NCBI GenBank assembly: GCA_044507735.1
Contig: JBIQJB010000001.1
Coordinates: forward strand, 297,007 to 315,289
Source of the DNA: Nitrosopumilales archaeon
GTDB lineage: Archaea > Thermoproteota > Nitrososphaeria > Nitrososphaerales > Nitrososphaeraceae
Direction: 5' to 3'
DNA: 18,283 nucleotides
In this document: positions 15,834-18,283 of the stretch, piece by piece
Layout of the letters: each line of letters starts with the position of its first letter
Numbering within the stretch: the first letter of the stretch is position 1
The notes under the pieces: model-generated
Databases searched by the model: none
The model's input: the letters and a program-made list of their open reading frames with translations, nothing else
Told to the model about the DNA's origin: nothing
Position numbers and translations under genes: made by a program

Positions 15834-16332
15834 CGACCTTGAATTTTCTTCGCAACTTGTTGCCGCAGAGTGGGCACTCTCTTGTGTCGGAGCCAAATGC
15901 TTTCCCGCAAGCACTGCAGTATGTAATCCACCTTCTTTTCTCCCTGAGGCCCTTACTCGACGTGGACTTGACTGTAATACTCAGGGCAGAAGCAACATTT
16001 GCGACGGCATAGTCATCCGTCACAAGAGGTATCTTCAGCTCGGACGCAAGGGCAATTATGGACAAATCCGCAGGTGAAAGCTTGGTATAGTCGCCGGTCT
16101 TCTTAGCTGCTGTCTTTGCTTTTTCGATGTTTGCAGCGCTGGGGTCAATGATCTTTAGACTGCCAGTTTCGAGCAGAGCCTCGTTTGCGCCATGAGATTG
16201 CTTGATGTGTCTTACTTCGTCAAACACTAGCTGGGTCGTAAAATAGTTGTATCTTGCCTGCGATAGAAAGGGGATGCCTGCATAGAATGCGCCAGCGTCA
16301 AGCACGCTAGAATTCGAATTTAGAGAATCCAA
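15826..16332 (-). CDS. nob1: Nob1-like PIN-domain endoribonuclease with C-terminal zinc ribbon
   Basis: VLDAGAF, VFDEVR, TGD...LSPADLSIIALA, TDDYAVANVA, CSACG...CPLCG; exact start uncertain. Confidence 0.92.
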   Translation of the reverse strand: MDSLNSNSSVLDAGAFYAGIPFLSQARYNYFTTQLVFDEVRHIKQSHGANEALLETGSLKIIDPSAANIEKAKTAAKKTGDYTKLSPADLSIIALASELKIPLVTDDYAVANVASALSITVKSTSSKGLREKRRWITYCSACGKAFGSDTRECPLCGNKLRRKFKVVN

Positions 16333-17146
16333 GTTTGGATAGCTGCCTCATTCCTTTTTTCTGGAGGCGTAGAAAGACGGCGTCATCTGCATACCGGGAA
16401 ATTCTGATCGGCTCGTCGGCTCTTACCGTGAAGGACTCTTGGCCGTCAATTACGACGTGCGATTCGTATGTGCTCTGGACAGTGATCTCTTCGACAGGTA
16501 TTACGAGCTGCGGCATCCTGTTCACGGATGCAAGAGGACTGAGGATTAGGCAGCTCATGCCTTCGTGGAGCACCGGACCACCGATCGAAAATGAGTGGCC
16601 TGTCGAGCCAGTTGGAGTAGAGACAACAATGCCGTCCATTCTCTGTTTTATCTCATCGCCCATGAGCCCAATCGATACCAGAGGTGTCCTTGTAAGGTTC
16701 ACTCTTGTTATGAGTATATCGTTGAGTGCTGGTGGAAAGACGTTCTTGCCAACTGATGCCTGGATCCTGATTCGGGAATCATAGAAGTATTTGCCAGAAA
16801 GGATTGCATCGATAGCTTCTTCTATCATGCTGGCGTCGGCTTCGGATAGTATTCCCCTGTGTCCTCCGCTGTTGATGCTGAAAAGCGGAACCTTGCCTGG
16901 TACCATGCGGAATGCTCGAAGAGTTGTGCCGTCGCCCCCGATCGCAAACACGAGGTCTATCTTGAGGTCCTTGAGATCTTCCGCCGCGACAGATGTTGTG
17001 ATTACACTATCCGTCTTCAGCGGCTGCAGAACATACGTGTTCACCTTGCTCTTGCTAAGTAACCCTGCGACCTTGATCGCAGCGGCCTCTGCCTCTCTAC
17101 TCCCAGCTTTTGTTACAATAATCACGTTGCGGATGCTCGGTACCAA
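16307..17146 (-). CDS. nadK: NAD(+) kinase
   Basis: GGDGTTLRA, ALND (variant of the usual NE), DGIVVSTPTGSTGHSFSIGGP, IDGQ; TTG start. Confidence 0.94.
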   Translation of the reverse strand: MVPSIRNVIIVTKAGSREAEAAAIKVAGLLSKSKVNTYVLQPLKTDSVITTSVAAEDLKDLKIDLVFAIGGDGTTLRAFRMVPGKVPLFSINSGGHRGILSEADASMIEEAIDAILSGKYFYDSRIRIQASVGKNVFPPALNDILITRVNLTRTPLVSIGLMGDEIKQRMDGIVVSTPTGSTGHSFSIGGPVLHEGMSCLILSPLASVNRMPQLVIPVEEITVQSTYESHVVIDGQESFTVRADEPIRISRYADDAVFLRLQKKGMRQLSKLGFSKFEF

Positions 17147-17574
17147 TACAATGACCGCACGGCTATATCAGAAGAACAGTTCTTAAATGCCTTTGGTCTT
17201 TGATAGGTTAGTTTCTTATTGTCATTATCTGTGGGAACTTTCCGAGGCAATGGTTTCAACCTCGCTCTGGACGGCGGATGGTGACCATATCCCTCCAGAC
17301 CCGAAAAGACTCCTTCCTGAGGAAATACCAAAGGGGTGATGGCAATAGACAGCTCGTCAAAGCGGCCGCTCTCAAAATTAAGCACTGTACTCGTCAAACT
17401 GGACGATATTTTCTTGTTCTGAACAGTTAGAATGCTGGATGGGGAGCAATGGGATTATACTCTACTGTGAATATTGGCCCTTGCCTGAGCAAACCAAAAT
17501 TGCTACGCCCTTGGAAAATAAATGGAACATATTTGACATCTCTACATGTTGGCGCCGATCCATAAGACACAGCG

Positions 17575-17946
17575 CTATTGCGAGTTGACATAAACTTGAT
17601 TCTCCCTGCTGCCATCTAATGCCTTGTGTTTTTCATTCCAATGCGCTACGAAGCGCTGGATGTCATCTTCAAGCTCATTATATGAGCGCATTCTAAAATA
17701 GCGGGGGAACCTCCGACTGAATTCCTTGCAGTCAGCGCAGTTGTACCAGTAAGAGGAGGATCTGCCATGGGCCTCTCCTACTATGCAATTTTCAGGTGAA
17801 GTAATATCAGAATACCATTTGAGCCACCTAAACGACCATTTGCTGCTTGGCAGGTGCTGGAGCCGGACGCTCCACGAGGGGCAAATTTCAGACAGGGTCA
17901 CGAGTTCTTTTGCAAAAAGACATTTGCTGCGAACTCTTGTCTTCAT
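17575..17946 (-). CDS. Hypothetical protein with Cys/His motifs
   Basis: 123-aa ORF with ATG start; P.WS.RL, DI.....CIVGEAHG..SSY...CADC and F..HWNEKH. I recall similar paralogous hypothetical proteins in Nitrososphaera but have not verified this. Confidence 0.7.
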   Translation of the reverse strand: MKTRVRSKCLFAKELVTLSEICPSWSVRLQHLPSSKWSFRWLKWYSDITSPENCIVGEAHGRSSSYWYNCADCKEFSRRFPRYFRMRSYNELEDDIQRFVAHWNEKHKALDGSRENQVYVNSQ

Positions 17947-18035
17947 TGTTGGGGTACAAATTGATATTAAACAAGTTAAGGATTGTAGAGAAATTTACGG
18001 TCGATACTATTGTAGAAACGACTGAAAGAAATCCT

Positions 18036-18049
18036 GAAAACTCTTTTAT
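18036..18049 (+). promoter_or_regulatory. Putative BRE/TATA promoter of the DPS-like gene
   Basis: GAAAACTCTTTTAT, with TTTTAT about 26-31 nt upstream of ATG 18075. Confidence 0.55.
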
Positions 18050-18074
18050 CCCATATTTCGTCGTCGTTGATAGT

Positions 18075-18283
18075 ATGTCTACGTCTGCAGCTAGTAAAGA
18101 TAGTGTACCAAACGTTGTGGCACTTGAAGTCCTAAGAAAAAACGGAGTGGACGTTGAGAAGCTGATCAAACTCATTACGGCTGGAGTAGGGGCCGAGTTT
18201 ACGACGTACTATTACTATACCATTCTCCGGATGCACTGCACTGGCCTTGAGGGCGAGGGAATAAAGGAGATAGTCGAGGATGC
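18075..18283 (+). CDS. dps: DPS-like (DPSL) ferritin-superfamily protein, 5' part running off the window (not in the ORF track)
   Basis: Hand translation MSTSAASKDSVPNVVALEVLRKNGVDVEKLIKLITAGVGAEFTTYYYYTILRMHCTGLEGEGIKEIVED...; AEFTTYYYYTILR and G.EGEG.KEI.ED are hallmarks of archaeal DPSL. Confidence 0.92.
   Translation, partial: MSTSAASKDSVPNVVALEVLRKNGVDVEKLIKLITAGVGAEFTTYYYYTILRMHCTGLEGEGIKEIVED

Noticed and set aside
17301-17325. GAAA and CTGAGGA hammerhead-like core words
   Set aside because: Only 10 nt apart, too close to form stems I and III.

Overview
Archaeal chromosomal window, most likely from a Nitrososphaera-like ammonia-oxidising thaumarchaeon. This is inferred from the protein families, the rpoD-rpl18e-rpl13-rps9 cluster lying back-to-back with an SBDS-exosome operon, frequent TTG/GTG starts, and TATA boxes about 25-35 nt upstream of starts. 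The left third is accessory: threonine dehydratase, DUF2024, a thioredoxin-NHL (NHLRC2-like) protein, nitroreductase, DUF432, a hypothetical protein, a class III nucleotide cyclase and a winged-helix regulator. The centre is core information processing: rps9, rpl13, rpl18e and rpoD on the minus strand; SBDS, rrp4, rrp41, rrp42, rpl37ae, pcc1, prefoldin beta and XPF on the plus strand. The right end holds nob1, NAD kinase, a Cys/His-containing hypothetical protein and the 5' part of a DPS-like ferritin. Two genes absent from the ORF track were read directly: a 44-aa C2H2 zinc-finger microprotein (7823-7957, minus) and the truncated DPS-like gene (18075 to window end). The best candidates for something undescribed are a possible zinc finger / wHTH / cyclase signalling neighbourhood and a ~750-bp unexplained spacer between pcc1 and pfdB carrying two TGCAA-N12-TTGCA dyads. 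I saw no CRISPR array, rRNA, tRNA or transposase.
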